DNA of 32,000 bases from Promethearchaeota archaeon (GTDB lineage Archaea; Asgardarchaeota; Thorarchaeia; Thorarchaeales; Thorarchaeaceae): assembly GCA_027031765.1 (NCBI GenBank), contig JALVPN010000110.1, positions 73,936 through 105,935 of the forward strand. The letters run 5' to 3'. Shown here one piece after another: positions 14,222 through 21,798 of the stretch. How positions within the stretch are numbered: position 1 is the first letter of the stretch; each line of letters starts with the position of its first letter. Below the pieces are notes generated by a model. The model made no database searches, was not told the origin of the DNA, and worked only from the letters and a program-made list of their open reading frames with translations. A program made the translations under genes and the position numbers.

Positions 14222-16450
14222 TTAGCTGATAGACCCAAGTAGGTGCTCAAGGTTCTCACGCAAGGATGCCGCCTCGTCCTGTAGGCGCCTCGCCTCAGCA
14301 CTGTCGTACATCTGTGTGATTATGCTCACTGCGTACAGTGCCTCTTCCAGACAGTTCTCCACGAGGCCCGGCAGGTCAGTGGGACGGCTTGCCAGTGCTT
14401 CAATACTCTCTGCAGGGACACTGTCAAGCACCCTCTGTACCATGTCCCTCGGATATCCTGTTTCCCTCTCAACAATCTTCTTGAGGAGTGCCCCCAGTGT
14501 TGTCGCCCCGACCGACAGCGCCTGCATGACAGCCCTGGCATCGCGTGCGGGTACTCCGAGGAGTGCGACGCTGCGCCCCAGAGGTGTGCACCTCATAGTC
14601 TTCCCCTCCCGGACGAGCAGACCGCTCTTCTGGAGCTCACCAATCACCTCAAGACCACGCAGGGCGGGCCTGATTACTGTGCTTGCGTACGGGCGGGTGT
14701 CGGGGTCTTCGAGTGCATACTGTGCGAACTTGACCAGGTGCTTACACAGTCTGTGTTTCCGTAGGCCCTGGTACTTCCACGATTCACAGGAGCAGGAAAC
14801 CCCGTCTGCGGCACGCAGTTCAACATAGTGCCATAGTTCACGGCTAGTGCTCTTTACAATCCCACTTATGCGGGTCGGCGAGACCGCCACCACTCTCACA
14901 TCGCCGTCTGGGATTGCCTCAGCCCTCTTGACCGCATCACGTGTTGCACGCATCGCAATCAGTCCCTCTATGGAGGCGGTTTCCACCAGAGAGACCGTTT
15001 CCGCTGTTGATGGGTCTCTCTGGCTGGCGACAGCCCAGAGCGTCCTCTTGAGCACGCTGGACAGGCCCTGTGCCCTCCGCCTCCGGTCACACAGGTGTAG
15101 CAACGCCAGGTCAAGCAGGTTCTCCGGGTCGTCCATCGAGCTGACCACCTCCCCAAGTCGTGGGACTATGTTCCCCTGACTGTCGTGGCGGAAGTACTTT
15201 GCAAGCACACGCTGTCTTTCGCCCTCGCTGTTCACGACCACGATGCCGAATGCGTCGTTGTCCTGACCCCAGCGGCCTGCGGAGTTGAGCACCTCATTCA
15301 TCTGCCACTCGGTGAGCATTGTGAGCTCACCACCATCGGACAGGTCACCCCCGACATCTTGCATGAACACGCCTATCACAAAGACGGTCGTCGCCCGGAT
15401 GCCACTGGCGATGGCAAAGCGTATTGGTATGATGACCACTGGTATCACCCCCTCTTCCCATCCGCGTGACACTGCGCGTCGCTGCTCTTTGGACAGCCCC
15501 TCGTGCATGAAGGCGACCCCCCTTGTAATCATCATGCCGAGCCTTCCGGTCACCTCGCACCTCGGATAGTGCCTCATCACATTCCCTGCAATCTCCCTGA
15601 GGACGTCACGGTGTTCCGGTGTCAGACGCAGGTCAAGGACTGCACTCCCCTCAGTATTGTCAACGCCGGAGAGCTCGCCAGCAAGGTGCTCGCACGTCTC
15701 GATGTCGGAACACAGTATCATGGTCTGGCCATGTCTGTAGTGTACAAACTCGGTCAGGTCAGCCAACGAGTCGCCAATGTCCTCGAACGCCTTGACGCTG
15801 AATATCCTCCTTATGTCTGCGCGCTTGTCCTCGACCACGGTGGCGTCGAGCCACCTGCTGAGAGGCCCGGTCTCTGATACTGGCGGACACACTGCGATGT
15901 ACTGTACCCCGGGCTGGCGGATCATCAGTGTTGCAAGTATGGTCTCAAGGTGTGCTCCAAGCTTCGGCTGTCCAATCAGGTCCAGCCGTTCAATCACCAC
16001 ACACCTTACATCTTCGATGACCGCAGGGTTGACCCGCATTGCGATGTCCACGGAACGGTACGTCCCCACGACCACCCGGCCAACACGTCGCATCGGCAGG
16101 TACGCCTCTCTTCTCCGTGTTATTCCTGTGGTCTCCACGCCCAGACGACGACACTTGTGACCGACCGACTGGAGGCGTTGTTCGGCCTGGTGGGGGTTTG
16201 GGCACAGGAACAACACCCTTGAACCGACGCTGGATGCAATGATGTTCAGCGCCGCAATTTCCGCAATCTGGTACGCCTCATTGTAGTCGTGTGTCAGGAG
16301 GATCTGGCTCCGCCCCTGGACTATGCCATTGTCAAGCGCTTCTCTCTGAAAGCCTGTCAGCTCCCTGAGGCCCATCCTCCTGAGGACTTCCAGTAGGCGT
16401 GGGGAGACCTGTTCGAGTTCGAGTTCTCTGAGAGTGCTCAATGGCGTCAC
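14222..16450 (-). CDS. Hel308/Ski2-like SF2 helicase paralogue with degenerate ATPase motifs and an inserted SWIM zinc finger
   Basis: The Q-motif GLRELTGFQREAL, GVAFMHEGL, SAGR and the winged-helix signature TPLGRSV are retained. Walker A reads LTHDYNEAY, Walker B reads VVIERLD and motif III reads CPP. SWIM motif CSC-x13-CKH at 14738-14794. Confidence 0.75.
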   Translation of the reverse strand: MTPLSTLRELELEQVSPRLLEVLRRMGLRELTGFQREALDNGIVQGRSQILLTHDYNEAYQIAEIAALNIIASSVGSRVLFLCPNPHQAEQRLQSVGHKCRRLGVETTGITRRREAYLPMRRVGRVVVGTYRSVDIAMRVNPAVIEDVRCVVIERLDLIGQPKLGAHLETILATLMIRQPGVQYIAVCPPVSETGPLSRWLDATVVEDKRADIRRIFSVKAFEDIGDSLADLTEFVHYRHGQTMILCSDIETCEHLAGELSGVDNTEGSAVLDLRLTPEHRDVLREIAGNVMRHYPRCEVTGRLGMMITRGVAFMHEGLSKEQRRAVSRGWEEGVIPVVIIPIRFAIASGIRATTVFVIGVFMQDVGGDLSDGGELTMLTEWQMNEVLNSAGRWGQDNDAFGIVVVNSEGERQRVLAKYFRHDSQGNIVPRLGEVVSSMDDPENLLDLALLHLCDRRRRAQGLSSVLKRTLWAVASQRDPSTAETVSLVETASIEGLIAMRATRDAVKRAEAIPDGDVRVVAVSPTRISGIVKSTSRELWHYVELRAADGVSCSCESWKYQGLRKHRLCKHLVKFAQYALEDPDTRPYASTVIRPALRGLEVIGELQKSGLLVREGKTMRCTPLGRSVALLGVPARDARAVMQALSVGATTLGALLKKIVERETGYPRDMVQRVLDSVPAESIEALASRPTDLPGLVENCLEEALYAVSIITQMYDSAEARRLQDEAASLRENLEHLLGSIS

Positions 16451-16500
16451 CAGAATGGTTGCCTCGAATGCGCATCCGCCCGTGATACGGAGCGTGCCCT

Positions 16501-16624
16501 AAAAAAGATGGTGGCCGGCAATGAATGGTCGCGCGCACCTCTTTTTCGAAAGACCGGCACCCACGTCAGCTATATGCTCACACATACATAGGCTGAAAAG
16601 GGCTCCACCTGTACAGCTGACGTG
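16501..16624. ncRNA. Candidate two-hairpin structured element in the divergent helicase/PAC2 spacer
   Basis: GGTGGCCGG (16510-16518) pairs with CCGGCACC (16554-16561); perfect 10-bp inverted repeat CACGTCAGCT (16562-16571)/AGCTGACGTG (16615-16624); the minus strand ends ...CCGGCCACCA followed by TCTTTTTT. Confidence 0.3.
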
Positions 16625-16659
16625 ACGATTCGAGACTATGACATAAGGACTGGATGTAG

Positions 16660-17400
16660 ATGGTTTCTGGTATCAGAAAGGACTACACCTTCGAGATAAT
16701 CTTTAGGGACGGGTTTGAGATTCCCCCTGGTGCTGTGTTCATGTGCGGCTTTCATGGGCTGGGCCAGGTGGGCTTCCTCAGCATCGCGCACCTTGCAAGG
16801 GCCCTCGATGCCGAACGGGTCGGCCTTATCAGGAGTGACATGCTGCCGATGTTCGTGTCCATGGAGAACGGTCACTTGGCACTCCCGTTCGAGATGTACT
16901 TCTATGCACCCGGTAACCTCGTGTTCCTGCTGCCAAGGTTCCAACCACACCAGAGCGAGCAGTGGAACTTCATCGACTGTCTGGCCAACTGGATTGTTGA
17001 CTCCCAGTTCGACGAGTCCATACTCCTTGGTGGGCTGGATGCCAGTTTCAAAGAGGACGACGAGAACCTGCGGTGTGTACCGACAACTGCCTACTTTCCC
17101 CGTCTTGAGAGGTGGTCTGTTCCACTGCTTGAGGAGGGGCTGTTTGTTGCCGGGCCACTCGCCCTGCTCCTCGCACAGCTTGAGATGCGTGGCGTCCCTG
17201 GTCTCGGCCTGCTGTCCTATGCAACACGCGCCCGTCCCGACCCACGGTCAGCCGCCGTGATGTTGGAGAAGATAAACTCCGTCCTGGGGATTGACGCCAA
17301 TGTGGACCAGTTGATTGAAGAGAGCAAGGAGATTGAGCGACGGGAGAAAATCCGGCAGTCCATAGAGTCCGAGGACCGGTCGCCGGACATGTACGTGTAG
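16660..17400 (+). CDS. PAC2-family proteasome assembly chaperone
   Basis: FMCGFHGLGQVGFLSIAHL, ILLGGLDA, AGPLALLL and PDPRSAAVMLEKINSVLGIDANVDQLIEESKEIE...DMYV C-terminus. Confidence 0.88.
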   Translation: MVSGIRKDYTFEIIFRDGFEIPPGAVFMCGFHGLGQVGFLSIAHLARALDAERVGLIRSDMLPMFVSMENGHLALPFEMYFYAPGNLVFLLPRFQPHQSEQWNFIDCLANWIVDSQFDESILLGGLDASFKEDDENLRCVPTTAYFPRLERWSVPLLEEGLFVAGPLALLLAQLEMRGVPGLGLLSYATRARPDPRSAAVMLEKINSVLGIDANVDQLIEESKEIERREKIRQSIESEDRSPDMYV

Positions 17401-17519
17401 TGTCATCTGACTGGCCCAGGCCATCTGTGCCCCAACACGGGGGGCTGGCCGTGGGACTGGGCCTGGTCCCATACGACCCCCCTGCTCTATGGCCTGCGGT
17501 CGGTCAGCCGACCAACCCG

Positions 17520-18062
17520 TCATCCCCCGTGCCGGACAAACCAGCCAATGTCGACTAGGTTCCTCGCAACGAGGTCATCGTCGCTCAACAGTTTCAGTCT
17601 CTCCGCGTCCACTGACAGTACGGCAAGCCCAAGACAGTGCCCGTCCTCGTCGACCACAACAACTTTCCGTCCCCGTCTGAGTCCCGCCGGTATGTCTACT
17701 ACGGACTCCCTGATAATACTGCGTCCATATGTGAAGGCCTCAGCACCACGGCGTGACACGACCAGTCGCACTCTGGTGAACTCTGACAGCCTCCTGACTG
17801 CACTCAGGCTGAGTCTGACCTGCTCTCCGACAATGTCCGCAAGGGCCTCCCCGGCATGGCGCAGCTCAAACTCGTCGTGATCCATTTCTAGGAGGTCAAG
17901 CCACTGTACAGGCACCATGAACACCGTGTAGCCCTTTCTTGTGGGGACACGCACAGGAGTCCTGTCCCTCAGCATGTGTGCTGTGGCGCCGGCACCGAAG
18001 TTGTTGTCAATCCATGTCTGAATCCTCTCCCACTCCTCGGGACTCATTGGTTCGGCCCACAC
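17520..18062 (-). CDS. Nip7-like PUA-domain ribosome biogenesis protein
   Basis: VVSRRGAEAFTYGRSIIRESV, VVVVDEDGHCLGLA and NLVDIGWFVRHGG. Probable GTG start at 18062 behind AGGAGG, just after the NOL1/NOP2 stop; the ORF-track extension to 18365 overlaps that gene. Confidence 0.85.
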   Translation of the reverse strand: MWAEPMSPEEWERIQTWIDNNFGAGATAHMLRDRTPVRVPTRKGYTVFMVPVQWLDLLEMDHDEFELRHAGEALADIVGEQVRLSLSAVRRLSEFTRVRLVVSRRGAEAFTYGRSIIRESVVDIPAGLRRGRKVVVVDEDGHCLGLAVLSVDAERLKLLSDDDLVARNLVDIGWFVRHGG

Positions 18063-18066
18063 CGTT

Positions 18067-19038
18067 TCATTCCTCCTTACGTATCTTGCATATGAAGAAC
18101 CCTTCTGTCCCGTCAGTGTGTGGCAGAAAACGTCTTGCCCGTGCAATTGTCGAGTCCAGCTGGACGCCGTATGGACTTGTGTATGCAGGTATTCCGAATG
18201 CACTCCCGACCTCCTCGAGGACGACGTCGTCCCGTCGTCTGAGAATGCCGTCCACAACGAACTCGTCCTCCTCTGGTGCAATCGAACAGGTGGCATAGAC
18301 AAGGATTCCGCCAGGTCTGAGGGCACCCAGTGCTGCATCGAGCATCTCGTCCTGACGGGTGGCACAGTACCTGATGTCCGCCATTGACTTGCTCGTCTTC
18401 CTCGACGGGTCGCGGGGTATCAGCCCCTCCCCTGAACATGGTGCATCAAGCAAGATCCTGTCCGGACTGATGCCCAGCCGTCCGACTCTCCTCGCATCGC
18501 CCCGCAGCACAACCGTGTTGTTGACGCCACAGCGGGCAAGGTTCCCCCGGAGGGCCCCTATCCTCTGCTCGTCTGTGTCCATGGCGACAACTAGCCCCGT
18601 GTTGTGCATTCTCTGGGCGATGTGGGTCGTCTTACCGCCCGGCGCAGCAGCCAGGTCCATCACCACCTCGCCTGGTCTCGGATCCAGGATGTGGACGGCT
18701 GTCATCGATGGCACGCTCTGGACATAGTAGTATCCCCACATGTACTCGAACAGAGCGCCCGGTGACACATCGCCGAACTCAGCTAGGTACCCCTCCTCAA
18801 GCCACGGGACTTGAGTCAGTACGACACCTTTCTTGGTCAGGCGTCCGACCACCTCGTCGGCAGTCGTCAGGAGAGTGTTGACCCTGATTGCCCTCTTCAC
18901 GGGCCTCTCACAGGCCTCTATGAAGCGCAGGGTCTCCTCCTCACCCCATAGCGCTAGGTACCGCTCGACCATATACGGGAGATAGCCATGTACCTCCGAA
19001 ATCTGCTTTGCGCGTTGTCTGATCTCCCGTCTACTCAT
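18067..19038 (-). CDS. RsmB/NOL1/NOP2/Sun family RNA cytosine-C5 methyltransferase
   Basis: IRVNTL, GYYYVQ, DLAAAPGGKT, ILLDAPCSGEG, LVYATCSIAPEEDEFVV and TEGFFICKIRK. Confidence 0.95.
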   Translation of the reverse strand: MSRREIRQRAKQISEVHGYLPYMVERYLALWGEEETLRFIEACERPVKRAIRVNTLLTTADEVVGRLTKKGVVLTQVPWLEEGYLAEFGDVSPGALFEYMWGYYYVQSVPSMTAVHILDPRPGEVVMDLAAAPGGKTTHIAQRMHNTGLVVAMDTDEQRIGALRGNLARCGVNNTVVLRGDARRVGRLGISPDRILLDAPCSGEGLIPRDPSRKTSKSMADIRYCATRQDEMLDAALGALRPGGILVYATCSIAPEEDEFVVDGILRRRDDVVLEEVGSAFGIPAYTSPYGVQLDSTIARARRFLPHTDGTEGFFICKIRKEE

Positions 19039-19091
19039 CAGGTGTCCTCTCCAGTCCGGACCCCGTCATGTCGGTACACTCCGTCCGGTTC

Positions 19092-20354
19092 TCATCTCCC
19101 GCCTGCTGACGCACCCATCGCCCTGACAAGCTCGTCCACGGTCGGGCCTATTAGCACTTCTCTCGGGGTGAGCATGTCCACGGTGTCAAGGTCTTTGAAG
19201 CCGGTGCCGGTGACCGGTACCACGACGGTATCTGATGGGTCTATTGTCCCGTCTGATATCAGCGTGTCGACCGCAGCCAGTGCTGCCACCCCGCTTGGTT
19301 CGGCAAACACACCCTCGGTCTGGGCGAGGAGGGTCAAGCTTGCTCTGATACTCTCGTCCGTAACAGTGACCGCCGTGCCATCTCCTATCTTCAGGTACCT
19401 TAGTGCTGCGTCCCCGTCCCAGGGGTAGGGGTCTGCCAGACCACCCGCAACAGTGTCACTTGAGTCCCACGGAGCGATGTCCAGTGGGTCTTGTCCCTCC
19501 TCGAACGCCCTCACAATCGGTGCGCATCCCGAGGGTTGCACGACGACCGGCCGGGGGAGGTCGTCTATCAGTCCCATCTGCTGGAACTCCCACAGCCCCT
19601 TCATTGTCCCGGCCATCAGCCCACCACTGCCCGTAGGGAAGAGGATCCAGTCGGGGGTCGTCCAGTCCATCTGCTCTGCAATCTCGTAGCCCAGGGACTT
19701 GGTGCCCTCAAACTGGAAACAGTTGAAGGGGCCGAAAGATGGTGTTGGTGTCCATCCCAGGTCGTTGCATGCTGCACGCAACAGTGTGGTCGTCGGGTCA
19801 ACACCTTCCTTGACCTTGCGGACCCTGAAGACACGGCCCCCCAGTGTCCGGAGGTGGACTAGCTTTGCAGCGGGTGCGTCCTCTGGCACGAAGACCACAG
19901 CTTGTAGGCCGGCCCTTGCAGCATAGGTGGCCATGGATGCGGCTGCGTTCCCTGATGATGCAACTGCCACCGTGTCAGCCCCGTCCTCCAACGCCCGTGT
20001 GACGCCGACACATATCGGTCTGTCCTTGAATGACCCTGACGGGTTCATGGTCTCAAGCTTCAGCCATAGGTGCTCTAGGCCCAGCATGCCGCCGAGACGT
20101 CGTGCACGGACAAGGGGCGTAGCCCCTTCACCGAGTGTGACTATTGACCGGCGTTGTCGTACCGGCATGAGTTCGAAGTACTTCCAGAGCCCCCCATATC
20201 TGTGACCGAGTTCCTCCCGTGTCAGGACTTCACGTATGGCCTCAAGGTCAAGTGAAATGTCAATCCTCCCACCGCAGCCATCATTTGGTGGAGCACTACT
20301 GTCGTCGTAGGCCCTGCCGCAGCGGGCACACTGGTACTTGATAGTCCTGTGCAA
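19092..20354 (-). CDS. thrC: Threonine synthase (PLP-dependent, fold type II)
   Basis: TLGEGATPL, LKLETMNPSGSFKDR, ASSGNAAAS, FEGTKSLGYEI, PTGSGG and EGVFAEPSG. Probable TTG start at 20354 after GGAGGTG (the ORF track starts at 20384). Confidence 0.88.
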   Translation of the reverse strand: MHRTIKYQCARCGRAYDDSSAPPNDGCGGRIDISLDLEAIREVLTREELGHRYGGLWKYFELMPVRQRRSIVTLGEGATPLVRARRLGGMLGLEHLWLKLETMNPSGSFKDRPICVGVTRALEDGADTVAVASSGNAAASMATYAARAGLQAVVFVPEDAPAAKLVHLRTLGGRVFRVRKVKEGVDPTTTLLRAACNDLGWTPTPSFGPFNCFQFEGTKSLGYEIAEQMDWTTPDWILFPTGSGGLMAGTMKGLWEFQQMGLIDDLPRPVVVQPSGCAPIVRAFEEGQDPLDIAPWDSSDTVAGGLADPYPWDGDAALRYLKIGDGTAVTVTDESIRASLTLLAQTEGVFAEPSGVAALAAVDTLISDGTIDPSDTVVVPVTGTGFKDLDTVDMLTPREVLIGPTVDELVRAMGASAGGR

Positions 20355-20464
20355 TGCACCACCTCCCACTAGGACTGTTGCCAAGTATTTGAATCAGATG
20401 GAAATGCCTATCACCACCTCTGTACACGTTGGATACCACCCTACAAGAGTCGAAGTGCCTACAC

Positions 20465-21049
20465 ATGATCGGGCCAACAAGATATGAGGTAGAACTCAAG
20501 ATTCCTGTCCGTTCTCTTGGGCCAGTGTCACAGCGTCTGCAGCAACTCGGTGCCACACGTCGTGGTACTGTGACCCATATGGACGAGTACTATGCCCACC
20601 CGTGTCGTTCCTTCCAGCAGACTGATGAGGCCCTCCGCCTCCGGGCCTCCTTTGACGGTGTGCTGGGACCAGACGCAGTGACAGCAGCCCCCTCTCGTGT
20701 CACTCTCACCTATAAGGGCCCACGGATTGGCGGCCGGTCAAAGACACGTACCGAGTTTGATGTCGGTGTGACGGACATGGTGTCTGCAAGGAGTATCCTG
20801 TTGTCCCTCGGCTTCAAGCACATAGCCACCGTCACAAAGCACCGCACACTATACGTCCTCGGCGATTCGGTCGTCACCCTCGATACGGTGCCAGAGCTGG
20901 GCAGCTTTGTTGAGCTGGAGCGCGTGGTGGGGACGCGTCCAGAGGTCGATGTGGTGCTCGCCAGACTGGCCGAGACCGCACAGGAGCTGGGCCTGGACCC
21001 CTCTGCTGCTGTACGTGACTCATACCTTGAGATGCTCCTCCGACGGTAG
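20465..21049 (+). CDS. cyaB: CYTH-domain protein (class IV adenylate cyclase CyaB / triphosphate tunnel metalloenzyme)
   Basis: EVELK, DEYYAHPCRSF, DEALRLR, LTYKGP, KTRTEF, VTKHRTLY and LDTVPELGSFVELE; probable ATG start at 20465. Confidence 0.88.
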   Translation: MIGPTRYEVELKIPVRSLGPVSQRLQQLGATRRGTVTHMDEYYAHPCRSFQQTDEALRLRASFDGVLGPDAVTAAPSRVTLTYKGPRIGGRSKTRTEFDVGVTDMVSARSILLSLGFKHIATVTKHRTLYVLGDSVVTLDTVPELGSFVELERVVGTRPEVDVVLARLAETAQELGLDPSAAVRDSYLEMLLRR

Positions 21050-21652
21050 GTCCTGCCCCGCCTCCCTGAGTTCGGCCTTCAGCTGTCTGACAAACTCCTG
21101 CAGCAACCGGTGCCGGTCCCGCGCCATCTCCCTCGCAATATCGGTGTACAGCATGCTCCTGAGTCTCACCAGCTTCTCGTCTGCGTGTTTCAAGAACCCC
21201 TCTATGTTGCTTCTTGTCATAGTGGCCTCTGCAATGGCCCTGAAGACCCCCAGTGCCCCCATGGCGTCGAGTTTGTCGGCATCGCTCAGGACCCGCCCCT
21301 CAAGTGACCTCGGCCTGAGCCCCTCGCTGAACCTGTGTGTCCTGATGGCGCCCAGCACAGCTCTGATTTCGTCCGGCGTGTATCCCAGCCTCTCAAGCAA
21401 TCCCCTGCTCATCTCTCCCGCTATGATGGCATGCGAGATGCCTGTCCTTGCCTCCTGCGGTCTTGCAATGTCATGAAGGAGTGCCGCAGTGCCGAGCACC
21501 CTCAGGTTGGCACCGAGCCTCTTGCCAATCTCCATAGCAAGTGCGTACACCCTGCGTGTATGGTCGTAGTGGTGGGCCCCCTCTAGCCCGTAGAGGCAGC
21601 GCCTGACAAACTCGTCAATCTCTCTCTCAGGAAATGTAGTAGTGTACGTCAT
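21020..21652 (-). CDS. HD-domain metal-dependent phosphohydrolase
   Basis: AHHYDHTRRV, AALLHDIAR, IRTHRFS and LSDADKLDAMGALGVFR; probable ATG start at 21652; overlaps the 3' end of the CYTH gene by 30 bp. Confidence 0.9.
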   Translation of the reverse strand: MTYTTTFPEREIDEFVRRCLYGLEGAHHYDHTRRVYALAMEIGKRLGANLRVLGTAALLHDIARPQEARTGISHAIIAGEMSRGLLERLGYTPDEIRAVLGAIRTHRFSEGLRPRSLEGRVLSDADKLDAMGALGVFRAIAEATMTRSNIEGFLKHADEKLVRLRSMLYTDIAREMARDRHRLLQEFVRQLKAELREAGQDLPSEEHLKV

Positions 21653-21798
21653 AGACCGCCCCCGTGGTAGTTGGTGTGCCTTTCGAATTCTCGAAGACGT
21701 CTCTGCAAGAAACCCTTTAATTCGTTGTCTTTGAATGGTCATGAGGACAGTCTGTGTCCTGCGCCTCTCCACAGCTGCTTGTTGTGAGGTATGACTCG

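Noticed and set aside
16509-16518. attR-like duplicate of the tRNA-Val 3' end (CCGGCCACCA versus CCGGCCCACCA)
   Set aside because: It is only about 10 bp with an indel and lies on the wrong side of the tRNA for an integration, the intervening DNA is housekeeping (rpl40e, sucCD), and there is no integrase.
16514-16558. Eukaryote/Loki-type SECIS element (AUGA...GA) or a tRNA-Sec/5S gene
   Set aside because: The sequence after ATGA cannot form helix II, no neighbouring gene has an in-frame TGA, and there is no cloverleaf or 5S consensus.
18063-18365. N-terminal extension of Nip7 to 281 aa
   Set aside because: It overlaps the NOL1/NOP2 gene on the same strand in another frame; GTG 18062 with AGGAGG gives a normal 180-aa protein.
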